A DNA stretch of 32,000 bases from Erysipelotrichaceae bacterium OH741_COT-311 (GTDB lineage: Bacteria > Bacillota_I > Bacilli_A > Erysipelotrichales > Erysipelotrichaceae). A program made the translations under genes and the position numbers. Position 1 is the stretch's first letter; each line of letters starts with the position of its first letter. Shown here in pieces: positions 18,276 to 26,980 of this stretch. The stretch covers positions 1 to 32,000 of the forward strand of contig RQZE01000008.1 of NCBI GenBank assembly GCA_003858585.1, given 5' to 3'. The notes under the pieces were generated by a model. That model worked only from the letters and a program-made list of their open reading frames with translations. It was not told the origin of the DNA and ran no database searches.

Positions 18276-19337
18276 TTATTTCACATAAACGGGTTTAAAA
18301 TCATATCCCTCAATAATAAAATTATACTCATACTCATTCTTGGTGAAGTGCATCGTTAACCTATCATTTAACTTTACGGTTTCATCTACATTGATGTTTG
18401 TATCTACACCATACATTCCGGCAATATCCCTACCTAATTCCTTCATGGTTTCAAGCTTAATGGATTCTTCATTATACACAGTTACCACGAGTAATGCTTC
18501 ATCGATAAAGACAATCATACTCATGTCCGAGTCATCGCTATAGGCTATCACATTAAGACGAATCGACTGCCTTCCTTCTTGTGTTTCATCGAAATAATAT
18601 ACATGCGTCTCAAACTCATAAAGGAACTCTTCTCTTGGAACTTTGCTATACGTTTCCATGAAATCGATAATCTTATTCACCTCTAATTGTGTAATCGGAT
18701 CGATAGAAGGTGGATTCATCCAAGCATGAAATACATCTTGATAATAAAAATCTTGGAAGGTTTCATTCAACACAAGATCTCTTTTTGATGTTTTACCGAT
18801 ATGAAGTTGCCATATAATAGGATATTTATGGATACGGTACGTATCAGAAATCTGTTCTTTCTGTAAGTAAAGATCCAGATAAGTTGGTACATATTCTTCC
18901 TTTACAAATAACGTTAAAATGTACTGATATACCGCTTTAAAGTTATACCCTTGATCTAACGGTATGGAAATTTGTAGCGATGGTTCTTCATCATAAATAT
19001 TTTTCACAGCATAAACCGTTATCGGCTTTAATTCATATTTAACACCCTCTTCAGGATAAAAGGTCATGATTAACATTGAACTTGCATAAAATTCTTCATC
19101 TTTATTTAAACGCTCTACCACATAGCCTTCATCACTACGTTTTTGTTCCCTAGTATAATAAGGTTCTTCCAAATAAACCTTACCCATCTCTTCAATGGTT
19201 TGATATTTTAAAATGCCATTAGATGTTTCCGGATAAGGACTTTTCCATTCATAAGGAAGTGGCTTTAAGTTAGCCGTTGGTTTTCCACAAGCAACCAGCA
19301 ATAGTAAAGTTAGTGCTGCAAGAATACTCTTTTTCAT
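18276..19337 (-). CDS. Hypothetical lipoprotein
   Basis: 353 aa. Signal peptide 'MKKSILAALTLLLLVAC' with lipobox L-V-A-C. No further family recognised. Confidence 0.75.
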   Translation of the reverse strand: MKKSILAALTLLLLVACGKPTANLKPLPYEWKSPYPETSNGILKYQTIEEMGKVYLEEPYYTREQKRSDEGYVVERLNKDEEFYASSMLIMTFYPEEGVKYELKPITVYAVKNIYDEEPSLQISIPLDQGYNFKAVYQYILTLFVKEEYVPTYLDLYLQKEQISDTYRIHKYPIIWQLHIGKTSKRDLVLNETFQDFYYQDVFHAWMNPPSIDPITQLEVNKIIDFMETYSKVPREEFLYEFETHVYYFDETQEGRQSIRLNVIAYSDDSDMSMIVFIDEALLVVTVYNEESIKLETMKELGRDIAGMYGVDTNINVDETVKLNDRLTMHFTKNEYEYNFIIEGYDFKPVYVK

Positions 19338-19426
19338 AGCTCTTTTAACTTCCCTTCTTTACTTTTATTGTAGTGGTTTTTTATCAATCTTTCAATGAAG
19401 CAAAATGAAAAGTTGCCTAGGGCAAC

Positions 19427-20026
19427 TTACTTTTTAATTCCTATAATAAATTCACTATGTGGTAGCGTTTCAATCCAATCGCAGATAGCTTGCCACTCCG
19501 GCAAACGATGATGTCGACGTTGATGATAAATCGTTTTTAACTGGCGATAATTCGTTGTCATTTTCGCTGTAATACGAAATCCACATGGATTGGAATATAA
19601 GATTTCTAAATACTTTTGTTTTAAACTTGGATCATTTGCACTTTTGGCATGCAGTTCATTGTATTCTGCCACTTTTTCTTTCATAATCGCAATCATGCGA
19701 GGATCCACATATGGCATATAACTTTTATCCAAATCAAAACGTGTAATGCGATGCATGGTTGATTGCGAAGAGATAAAATCTAGGAAGTGATAGCGTTGTG
19801 CTTCCACCCATGCTTTATTACTTAAGGTTAAGTCAAAGGTAATTAAAATACCATTTAAGAAATTATCATGTCCTTCCCCTTGTCTTGATGTCGCTAATGC
19901 AATGGTTGTTTTGGTAATGTCATCGTTTAAACTTTCTAAATCCGTTGCCATTGGATACTTCGCTCCCTTTACCGCTTCGTTTAATCCATAGACATTCACA
20001 TGGCTAATCACTTCATTGTAATGCAT
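19427..20026 (-). CDS. ThyX (Thy1)-fold protein with non-canonical active-site motif
   Basis: 'GHDNFLNGILITFDLTLSNKAWVEAQRYH' parallels ThyX 'GHETPFEH..FTF.......ARQWFRHR'. 'NYRQLKTIYHQRRHHRLPEW' parallels 'N.RSL..F..LR....AQWEI'. The signature RHR is RYH and the S-x-R-Y part is altered. 199 aa. The start overlaps the mnmG stop by 14 nt. A hairpin terminator lies at its stop (19410-19428). Confidence 0.5.
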   Translation of the reverse strand: MHYNEVISHVNVYGLNEAVKGAKYPMATDLESLNDDITKTTIALATSRQGEGHDNFLNGILITFDLTLSNKAWVEAQRYHFLDFISSQSTMHRITRFDLDKSYMPYVDPRMIAIMKEKVAEYNELHAKSANDPSLKQKYLEILYSNPCGFRITAKMTTNYRQLKTIYHQRRHHRLPEWQAICDWIETLPHSEFIIGIKK

Positions 20027-21884
20027 GTTGTTTCTCCCTTCTTTTCATTTCTAAATAAATTGCAAGTACTTGAATATCACTTGGATTTACTCCTGAGATA
20101 CGACTTGCTTGGCCAATGGTCATTGGACGACATTGTTTTAATTTACTACGAGCTTCCAGTGATAAATTCGCTACTTCATCATAATTAATATGCTCCGGCA
20201 AACGCAATTTTTCCATATTATGCATCTTCGAAGCTTCTTTTTTCGCTTTTTCAATATAACCCTGATACTTTACATCAATTTCAATTAAGTGTGCTACTTC
20301 TTTTTCAATCATAAAATCTAAGTAAGGTAAAATCCCTTCAATGGTTACATGAGGACGAGCAATTAGTTTTAATGCACTCATTCCTTCACTTAACGCTTCA
20401 AAACCAATCGTCTTTAAATATGCATTGACTTCTGATTTACTATTAAAACGCACTTCATTTAGCTTTTGCTTATATTCTTCCACTTTACGATATTTCTCAA
20501 GATATTCTTCATAACGCTTTTTCGAAACCAACTTAGCTTGATAGCCATAGTCCATTAAACGCTTATCTGCATTATCATGTCGTAACAGTAAACGAAACTC
20601 TGCACGACTGGTAAGTAAGCGATAAGGTTCTAACGTTCCCTTTGTACATAAATCATCAATTAATACACCAATATATGCCTCATCTCTTCGTAAGATCAAT
20701 GGTTCTTTACCCATCAACTTGTTAATCGCATTGATTCCTGCCATAATCCCTTGTCCGGCAGCTTCTTCATACCCACTTGTTCCATTGATTTGTCCTGCTG
20801 TAAATAAGTTTTCAATTAATTTACTTTCTAAAGTTGGCTTCATCTGTAAAGGGTTAATCGCATCGTATTCAATCGCATAGGCATATTTTTCAATCACCGC
20901 ATGTTCCAGTCCAGGTAGTGTTTTAATCATCTCTTCTTGGACTTCCTTTGGCAAAGAGGTTGAAAAGCCTTGTACATAGGTAGTATCTAAGGATAAGCTT
21001 TCCGGCTCTAAGAAAATTTGATGACGCTCTTTATCATGAAAACGCACTAATTTATCCTCAATGCTTGGGCAATAACGAGGACCAACGCCTTTTACAACAC
21101 CAGAGTACATACTCGAACGATGTAAATTGGCATTGATAAGTTTGTGGGTCTTACTATTGGTATAGGTTAAGTAACAAGGGACTTGTTGATCAAGAGGCAA
21201 CGCTGTTCCACGTTGAGAAAACGTAATGTCTTCATCTGTACCCGGTTCATATTGTGTTTTAGAAAAATCAATGGATTCTGTCTTTACACGTGGCGGAGTT
21301 CCTGTTTTCAAACGGAATAGCTCAAAGCCTAGTGCTTTTAAACAAGCACTTAAATCATTGGTTGTTGGTTCACTATCCGGTCCACTTTCCGTAACTTCAT
21401 CGGAAATCATACATAAAGAAGCCATATATGTTCCTGTTGTTAAAATAACAATCTTACTTTCCAGTATTCCTTTTTCTTTAAGGATAACGCCTTTGGCAAC
21501 TTTATCACTTACCACTAAACCTGTGCATATATCCTCAATCACATCTAAATGTTCTTGAGCTAAACATAATTCTTGCATCAACTTACTATAGGCAAGTTTA
21601 TCCGATTGCACACGCAAAGACTGTACTCCTGGACCTTTGGCTTTGTTTAACATCTTAAACTGTAATGCTGTTTTATCTGCCACATAAGGCATAACGCCCC
21701 CTAAGGCATCAATTTCTTTTACGACAATCCCCTTGGCTGGACCTCCAATAGAAGGATTGCATGGCATTTTGCCAATATTGTTTATACTTAATGTAATTAA
21801 AGCTGTTTTATATTGTGCTTTACTACAAGCCATCGCTGCTTCAATGCCGGCATGACCTCCTCCGACTACAATGACATCATACAT
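20013..21884 (-). CDS. mnmG: tRNA uridine 5-carboxymethylaminomethyl modification enzyme MnmG (GidA)
   Basis: 623 aa. FAD motif 'YDVIVVGGGHAGIEAA', 'GPRYCPSIEDK', 'LFTAGQINGTSGYEEAAGQG'. Confidence 0.97.
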   Translation of the reverse strand: MYDVIVVGGGHAGIEAAMACSKAQYKTALITLSINNIGKMPCNPSIGGPAKGIVVKEIDALGGVMPYVADKTALQFKMLNKAKGPGVQSLRVQSDKLAYSKLMQELCLAQEHLDVIEDICTGLVVSDKVAKGVILKEKGILESKIVILTTGTYMASLCMISDEVTESGPDSEPTTNDLSACLKALGFELFRLKTGTPPRVKTESIDFSKTQYEPGTDEDITFSQRGTALPLDQQVPCYLTYTNSKTHKLINANLHRSSMYSGVVKGVGPRYCPSIEDKLVRFHDKERHQIFLEPESLSLDTTYVQGFSTSLPKEVQEEMIKTLPGLEHAVIEKYAYAIEYDAINPLQMKPTLESKLIENLFTAGQINGTSGYEEAAGQGIMAGINAINKLMGKEPLILRRDEAYIGVLIDDLCTKGTLEPYRLLTSRAEFRLLLRHDNADKRLMDYGYQAKLVSKKRYEEYLEKYRKVEEYKQKLNEVRFNSKSEVNAYLKTIGFEALSEGMSALKLIARPHVTIEGILPYLDFMIEKEVAHLIEIDVKYQGYIEKAKKEASKMHNMEKLRLPEHINYDEVANLSLEARSKLKQCRPMTIGQASRISGVNPSDIQVLAIYLEMKRREKQHALQ

Positions 21885-21949
21885 CTACATCACCTACAAT
21901 CTATCCTGTATTATACCATTTCTTTGCCTATTCCATATAATTTTGCACC

Positions 21950-21976
21950 AATGAAAAAGGAAATGTTCATTTCCTT
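21950..21976 (-). terminator. Rho-independent terminator separating the accessory island from mnmG
   Basis: Perfect hairpin AAGGAAAT (21957-21964) / ATTTCCTT (21969-21976), followed on the minus strand by TTTTC. A TGGTATAAT extended -10 for mnmG follows (complement of 21910-21918). Confidence 0.65.
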
Positions 21977-22090
21977 GTGGGAAATATCCATATTTTTAGA
22001 TAACATTCTCCCTATACGCTAAGTAGATGATTCACTTTCAAAACATAAATTTATAGATGATAGCACTGTTTGAGGTTTATAATTCTTTTC

Positions 22091-22745
22091 TTAAACTTTA
22101 ATTTTATCTTTAAAAAGGCTAATATTCTTTACATACTCTTGCATATTTTCAATTTCTTTTGTTACATGACCAATTAACTTCCCTAAATCAATTGATTTTT
22201 TAGAAGTGATAACAGGTTGTCCTGTTTCTTATTCAAATGTTTTTTGCAACCTTTGCAACATAACCTCCTCTTTGAGCTACTTTTTTATTTGCTTCAAAGG
22301 TTGGACAATTTGATGTTCTAGTGATATCTTTTGTAGCTGTTTCAGCAAGCATATTTTAGACAATATCTATTGTTGTCATATTATCTCTTAGATTTTCTTT
22401 TTTAAGTCCCTTAAAATCTTTATATTGTCTTGTTATCATTTCTGACCAAGCTTTAGTTATTTCATCGGTTAAAATAGCATATTCTCTGCTTTGTTTTATC
22501 CCCCTAATTTTGCCAAGCATCGGTTAATTCTTTCCTCACTTGAATAGCTTGAAATCTTTAGTTAATTCATTCTCTGAAATATCCTTTCTTTATATATGTT
22601 TCTAAAGCTCTATCAATATTAAATTCAGAATCTATGATTTCATCGATTCATCCTTTTCCAATCTCTGCTAACCACATTTTAAATGGTTCTGCTTTAGGCG
22701 ATGAAACTGACTAAATAATACGAAAGATTCCCTGCATATCCCGAG
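22091..22745 (-). pseudogene. Decayed paralogue of the BRO-N/DinD-like gene (lacks the N-terminal BRO-N part)
   Basis: The nucleotide sequence is alignable by eye to 25840-26430. For example, CCAATTAACTT(C/T)CCTAAATCAAT and CCACAT(T/C)TTAAATGGTTCTGC(T/C)TT(A/T)GG(C/T)GATG are shared. Translated in the homologous frame it contains several in-frame stops (..DMQGIFRII*, ..TTIDIV*NMLAE.., ..VAKNI*) and at least one frameshift. Confidence 0.8.
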
Positions 22746-23044
22746 GTGCTGTCAAGCTCATTAAGGATTTTGACTGCTGTCTTATTGGATCTTCCTAAAA
22801 TCTTCATAATCTCTTCCACAGTGAAGATGATATATACTCTGTTTTCTTCATCAATCCACTTATTCCTGAAAGACAGATTTATTCGCTCCAATAGGCAAGA
22901 ATATAAAATCTTTGCATCCGATGATAAGTTCTTAAACTTTTCATCAGTTACTATAATTTTCGGTAGCATATAGTAGCTGAAACGGTCTCCGTCCCGGTTA
23001 TAAAAATAATCAAATTCCACTTCTATCGCCTCCTCTCTTTTCAA
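22694..23044 (-). pseudogene. Truncated replication initiator (RepA_N-type N-terminal domain only), fused to the decayed BRO/DinD fragment
   Basis: 'FSYYMLPKIIVTDEKFKNLSSDAKILYSCLLERINLSFRNKWIDEENRVYIIFTVEEIMKILGRSNKTAVKILNELD' matches the RepA_N winged-helix domain of Firmicutes plasmids and ICEs. Only about 100 aa remain. The last roughly 17 codons read out of frame into the BRO/DinD-like remnant. The likely true start is the GTG at 23020, after GAGGAGG. Confidence 0.65.
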
Positions 23045-23049
23045 TTTTT

Positions 23050-23089
23050 GGCATAATAAAAGACGATAGATGTTTTACTTTCTATCGTC
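23050..23089 (-). terminator. Rho-independent terminator of the GC-richer operon
   Basis: Hairpin GACGATAGA (23062-23070) / TCTATCGTC (23081-23089), followed on the minus strand by TTTTATTAT. It lies about 55 nt downstream of the ATPase gene stop. Confidence 0.65.
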
Positions 23090-23142
23090 CTGTATCTTCA
23101 ATATTTAGTTTTATTCAGCTCGACAAACTGAATTTTTTGATA

Positions 23143-23637
23143 TCAAAGCGTCAGTATTTCACTCACGATTTCACAAACGTTCTTATTGACTGTATCCACT
23201 TTTATGGTGTCAAGTATTTGATACATGTTGATTCTTGCAACACTTCTGTCGATTACATCGTTACTGCGGATCCCCCTGGCGATGTCAGCAGAGAGTCTTT
23301 TACGCAAATTGGTTTCATCGATCATAAGCGAAATCTTTATGACTCTCGCATCTCCTGTGTCCAGACTATTGATTATTTCGTCAATAATGGATTGTTCATG
23401 CATTACCCAGCAGAAAATGATATTTTTATAGGCCGTACAGTGGAGAAAACTATTCAGCAAGAAGCAGATGTTGCGCATGACCATGGCTTTTGTTTCTTCT
23501 GTTACCTGAAACGGATCGGCATCCCAACACCAATCGCCGTCAAGAAAAACACTGTTCGGCAACTCCTTTTTCAGCTGCTGACTTACCGTCGATTTACCGA
23601 CGCCCATTGTACCGCCGATCAGATATATTGTTTTCAT
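23143..23637 (-). CDS. P-loop NTPase / small kinase-like protein (AAA family annotation type)
   Basis: 164 aa with Walker A 'GGTMGVGKST' at the extreme N-terminus. Its size and layout resemble small nucleotide or antibiotic kinases. The substrate is unknown. Confidence 0.7.
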   Translation of the reverse strand: MKTIYLIGGTMGVGKSTVSQQLKKELPNSVFLDGDWCWDADPFQVTEETKAMVMRNICFLLNSFLHCTAYKNIIFCWVMHEQSIIDEIINSLDTGDARVIKISLMIDETNLRKRLSADIARGIRSNDVIDRSVARINMYQILDTIKVDTVNKNVCEIVSEILTL

Positions 23638-23689
23638 ATCTGTTCCTCACAAATCCCGATTTGGAGACATCCCAACAAATGGGAATTTC

Positions 23690-24088
23690 TCACTTTCTGT
23701 TTCTTATAATCTCTGCCTGCATAGCATCGCACCATTTATCCCATTTTTCTTTATAGTCCTCTTCGGAAACAATACGCATCAGCAGATCCTCTGGTGATAA
23801 AACAGACTGCTCCTGGCAGGCGTTTACGCATGCCCGATACATATCCCAATCCAACTCGTCCTTATCCCACACTAACGGAACGTGATCCAGCCCGGCTTTA
23901 ATTGCGGCCACAGCTCTGGTATGTCCGTCCGTCATAACAAGTTTGCCATCCAGTTGCTTTACAGGGATCGGCTCAAAGTTAGAGAAATCGGATGGATTGA
24001 TCCATCTTTCAATATCCTCAAGCTTCTTTGCGGATATATAAAACTGAGAAGGCTGTAATTCTTTCAGTTTCGTATCGGATAAATTCAC
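23690..24088 (-). CDS. ParB/sulfiredoxin-fold (ParB-like nuclease domain) protein
   Basis: 132 aa. 'LQPSQFYIS' followed by 'VMTDGHTRAVAAIKAG' resembles the DGHHR core of the ParB/Srx fold. Confidence 0.55.
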   Translation of the reverse strand: MNLSDTKLKELQPSQFYISAKKLEDIERWINPSDFSNFEPIPVKQLDGKLVMTDGHTRAVAAIKAGLDHVPLVWDKDELDWDMYRACVNACQEQSVLSPEDLLMRIVSEEDYKEKWDKWCDAMQAEIIRNRK

Positions 24089-24119
24089 AAGTTATTCACC
24101 TCTACAAATTGGAAGTTGT

Positions 24120-24563
24120 CTATTTGCTTAATACGCAGTTGTATCGGACAACAGAACCATCAGGATAATCAACTACGATCCTTTCTTCGGTAAAGCCACA
24201 CTTACGGTAGAATCCGATTGAATCGTCGTCTGTCTGTGCATCGATCCTTTCCAAACCCTCAGATTTCATCACATATTGGATCATGCGTCTTCCGGTTCCT
24301 TGACGACGCTTTCTTTCGGACACAGCAATTCCGATGATTTCAGCAACAGAATCTGAGATTCTCAGCACCATCATGCCTGTTTTCTTGCCTTGGCTCTCGC
24401 ACACATATACTCTTACCGATGGATCGCTTATTAAATCTTCTATTTGTTTTTTGAAATTCTCATACCTTGGTTGATACATACAGGAAGCATATAGCAAGAA
24501 TGCCTCTTCTGAAAGAAGCCAGTCTTCATCAACGCATGATATAACATTCATAACTGCCCTCAC
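24120..24563 (-). CDS. GNAT family N-acetyltransferase
   Basis: 147 aa. Acetyl-CoA motif A 'VSERKRRQGTGRRMIQYVM' (Q/R-x-x-G-x-G/A) and 'FYRKCGF'. Confidence 0.85.
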   Translation of the reverse strand: MRAVMNVISCVDEDWLLSEEAFLLYASCMYQPRYENFKKQIEDLISDPSVRVYVCESQGKKTGMMVLRISDSVAEIIGIAVSERKRRQGTGRRMIQYVMKSEGLERIDAQTDDDSIGFYRKCGFTEERIVVDYPDGSVVRYNCVLSK

Positions 24564-24579
24564 AAACCAGAGTTTGTCT

Positions 24580-25047
24580 TTATCTATGCTTTTCTAAGCG
24601 TATAAGACCTTCTTCATCTGGTACACTAATTCCGTTTTTATATGTGTATCCCATTTTTATATAAAAGGGAGTTGCAGTGATCGAGGCAGGTATTTCAATT
24701 CTGTTCGCACGAAGGAAATATTCGTCTTTTTCCAAAGTATCTATGATCTTTCTTCCGATTCCTTGCCCGTGATACTCTGGTAAAACGAAGATAGTGAATA
24801 AACTACTTTCGTCAACTTTACCCCAGTACGGTCCTATTGCACCGCAGCCCACAATTCTATCCTCATCGCATACTACATAAAAATGAGTCCATTTTGCGCG
24901 CTCCAAGATGTCTTTCGGTTGTAATTTTTGAACATCATTTTCGATATATTCCCTCGAATAATCTTTGGTGTTGACTTCTCTGAGCGTCCTAACAATCAAA
25001 GCTGATACATTTCCTGCATCTTCAGGCTCGATTCTTCTGATAATCAT
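24580..25047 (-). CDS. GNAT family N-acetyltransferase
   Basis: 155 aa. 'VLPEYHGQGIGRKIIDTLE' motif A and 'PFYIKMGY'. Confidence 0.85.
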   Translation of the reverse strand: MIIRRIEPEDAGNVSALIVRTLREVNTKDYSREYIENDVQKLQPKDILERAKWTHFYVVCDEDRIVGCGAIGPYWGKVDESSLFTIFVLPEYHGQGIGRKIIDTLEKDEYFLRANRIEIPASITATPFYIKMGYTYKNGISVPDEEGLIRLEKHR

Positions 25048-25077
25048 TGCATCACATCCTCATAAATCTCGATTTAT

Positions 25078-25359
25078 CTACACCTCTTTAATCTTCTCAT
25101 TTATCAATTCAATAAACGCTATCACAGTCGCTCCTATCATCGGAAGCCCATAGGGACTAAATAGGAAACCGATAACCAAGCCCGATATACCTATTCCAAT
25201 TTCTCCTTGAATGAAAGAAGCTAAAGCCCCAAATATACAGAACACCATAACGATATACAGTAATGCTGTTCCAATACCAAGTAAGAATGTCAAGAAAGCA
25301 GTCAGAATTGATAAAACAAGACTAATCGGAAATAAGATAATTTTTAATATCCATCGCAT
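25078..25359 (-). CDS. Small hypothetical membrane protein (3 TM)
   Basis: 93 aa, almost entirely hydrophobic or glycine-rich TM segments. AAGAGG RBS. It is the first gene of the five-gene minus-strand operon. Confidence 0.6.
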   Translation of the reverse strand: MRWILKIILFPISLVLSILTAFLTFLLGIGTALLYIVMVFCIFGALASFIQGEIGIGISGLVIGFLFSPYGLPMIGATVIAFIELINEKIKEV

Positions 25360-25621
25360 ACACTACCTCTTTTCTCTTCGGCTTATGTGCTGCTTACAAC
25401 CATTATTTTAATGGATAATAGCTCTAAGCAACATATAAACTACCAGTTTCTTCAGTTTTTAACTTTGGTAGAAGCTTCAAAACCCTTGATTTTATTAGAC
25501 TTTTTACCACTAACATAATTATGACATAAAACCCATATGTTAAATCATGTAGTAAAATCAAGGGTTGAAAACACTAAATTTCCATCTATTCAGGAGGGAT
25601 ACTTACCATACAAACCGAAAA

Positions 25622-25783
25622 TTATTTGCGGTTATTCAATATCCCAATAATCAATACTGCTATTGATATACCATAAAGTATTCCTAAAATTAAATAACTA
25701 ACATGTGATATTTTATTTAAAATAATTGCCAAAGCCAAAAATAGCATTCCTACAGGTACTTGTTTATTTTTATTTAATTTCAT
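25622..25783 (-). CDS. Possible 53-aa membrane peptide (not in the ORF track)
   Basis: ATG at 25783 and TAA at 25622-25624, translating to MKLNKNKQVPVGMLFLALAIILNKISHVSYLILGILYGISIAVLIIGILNNRK with two hydrophobic helices. GGGAGAAAAGAA lies upstream. Confidence 0.35.
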   Translation of the reverse strand: MKLNKNKQVPVGMLFLALAIILNKISHVSYLILGILYGISIAVLIIGILNNRK

Positions 25784-25816
25784 AAATTCTTTTCTCCCAA
25801 CTTATAATTTATAACT

Positions 25817-26668
25817 CTATTCATCGTTTTCAGTCTCTTTAACTACATCGCCAATTAACTTTCCTAAATCAATAGCTTTTTTTGATGTAATTACTGGTTT
25901 TCCAGTTTTGTCTTCTATTTCTTTTCTAGCATTACCAGCAATACTTCCACCTTCTTTAGCCACTTTTTTATTTTCTTCAAATCCCTGAGGGTTAGTTGCA
26001 TTTGCAAGTTCTGTTGTTGTAGCTTCTGCAAGCATATTTAAAACCAATTCCAGTGTCGACATATTATCTCTTAAATTTTGTTTCTTTAAACCTTTATGCT
26101 CTTTGTATTGTCTAGTTGTCATACCAGACCATGCCTTAGTTATTTCATTAGTTAAGATTGCATATTCTTTTCCTTCTTGAACTCCATGATCTTGCCAAGT
26201 ATCTGTAAGTTCTTTTCTCACCTGAATAGCTTGTAGTCTTTGGTTTATCCATTCTCTGGTATATCCTTTTTTAAGATAAGTTTCTAAAGCTCTATCTATT
26301 GTAAGTTCTGGATCTATTATTTCATCTATTCTTTCTTTCCCAACTTCTGCAAGCCACATCTTAAATGGTTCTGCCTTTGGTGATGGTACAGATTGAATGA
26401 TACGGAATATACCTTGCATATCGGAAACGTCTGTTTCTCTCATTTTTCCATCAGGAGCCTTTAATTTCAACTGTCGACAAAATGTCGACAGTTCACTTTT
26501 TTCTTCTTCTGACATTCTCTTCTTAACACGATACCAATAGTCCCTCGGATTTTTACTCTCTGTTAATACTCCAACAATATCTACTACCGAAAAATACCAT
26601 TCTTCTTTTTCACTATCCCAAACAGAACGTATCTGACTTCCTTCAAATAATTTAATTTCGTTATCCAA
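25817..26668 (-). CDS. BRO-N domain protein with DinD-like (DNA-damage-inducible protein D) C-terminal region
   Basis: 283 aa with a TTG start after AAAGGAG. The N-terminus 'FEGSQIRSVWDSEKEEWYFSVVDIVGVL' matches BRO-N. The C-terminus 'YKEHKGLKKQNLRDNMSTLELVLNMLAE' parallels E. coli DinD 'HQRKGLKKNQKILDHMGSTELAANLFR'. Confidence 0.85.
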   Translation of the reverse strand: MDNEIKLFEGSQIRSVWDSEKEEWYFSVVDIVGVLTESKNPRDYWYRVKKRMSEEEKSELSTFCRQLKLKAPDGKMRETDVSDMQGIFRIIQSVPSPKAEPFKMWLAEVGKERIDEIIDPELTIDRALETYLKKGYTREWINQRLQAIQVRKELTDTWQDHGVQEGKEYAILTNEITKAWSGMTTRQYKEHKGLKKQNLRDNMSTLELVLNMLAEATTTELANATNPQGFEENKKVAKEGGSIAGNARKEIEDKTGKPVITSKKAIDLGKLIGDVVKETENDE

Positions 26669-26889
26669 ACTTATTTCTCCTTTCTAAGTTCTATGTGCTG
26701 TTTACAACCCTAAAGTATAAGCATTAATTGATACTTTGGTAGACAATCGTAAATGATTCATTTTCTAAGTTTATTTGCCTGGTCATTCTTATGATACATA
26801 CATCATTTGTAAAATCTTACAAAATCTCAATACAAACCAAATGTTATTATTTATTTTTATAGTGATAATGTAAATACATTATTACTTTT

Positions 26890-26914
26890 TTAAAAACCCC
26901 TCGAATTCGAGGAG
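26890..26914 (-). terminator. Rho-independent terminator of the CARF-nuclease operon
   Basis: Palindrome CCTCGAATTCGAGG (26899-26912), followed on the minus strand by TTTTT (complement of 26892-26896). It lies about 65 nt after the 297-aa ORF stop. Confidence 0.7.
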
Positions 26915-26980
26915 TTTAAAATCTGGATTAATGAACTTCTACCTAACTTCTAAATATTCTATATATTAAAGTCTTTTCCC

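Noticed and set aside
23137-23756. Plus-strand ORFs of 190, 68 and 88 aa opposite the P-loop ATPase and ParB-like genes
   Set aside because: Long antisense frames are expected in this GC-richer segment. The minus-strand products carry clear motifs (Walker A, DGHTR), whereas these do not.
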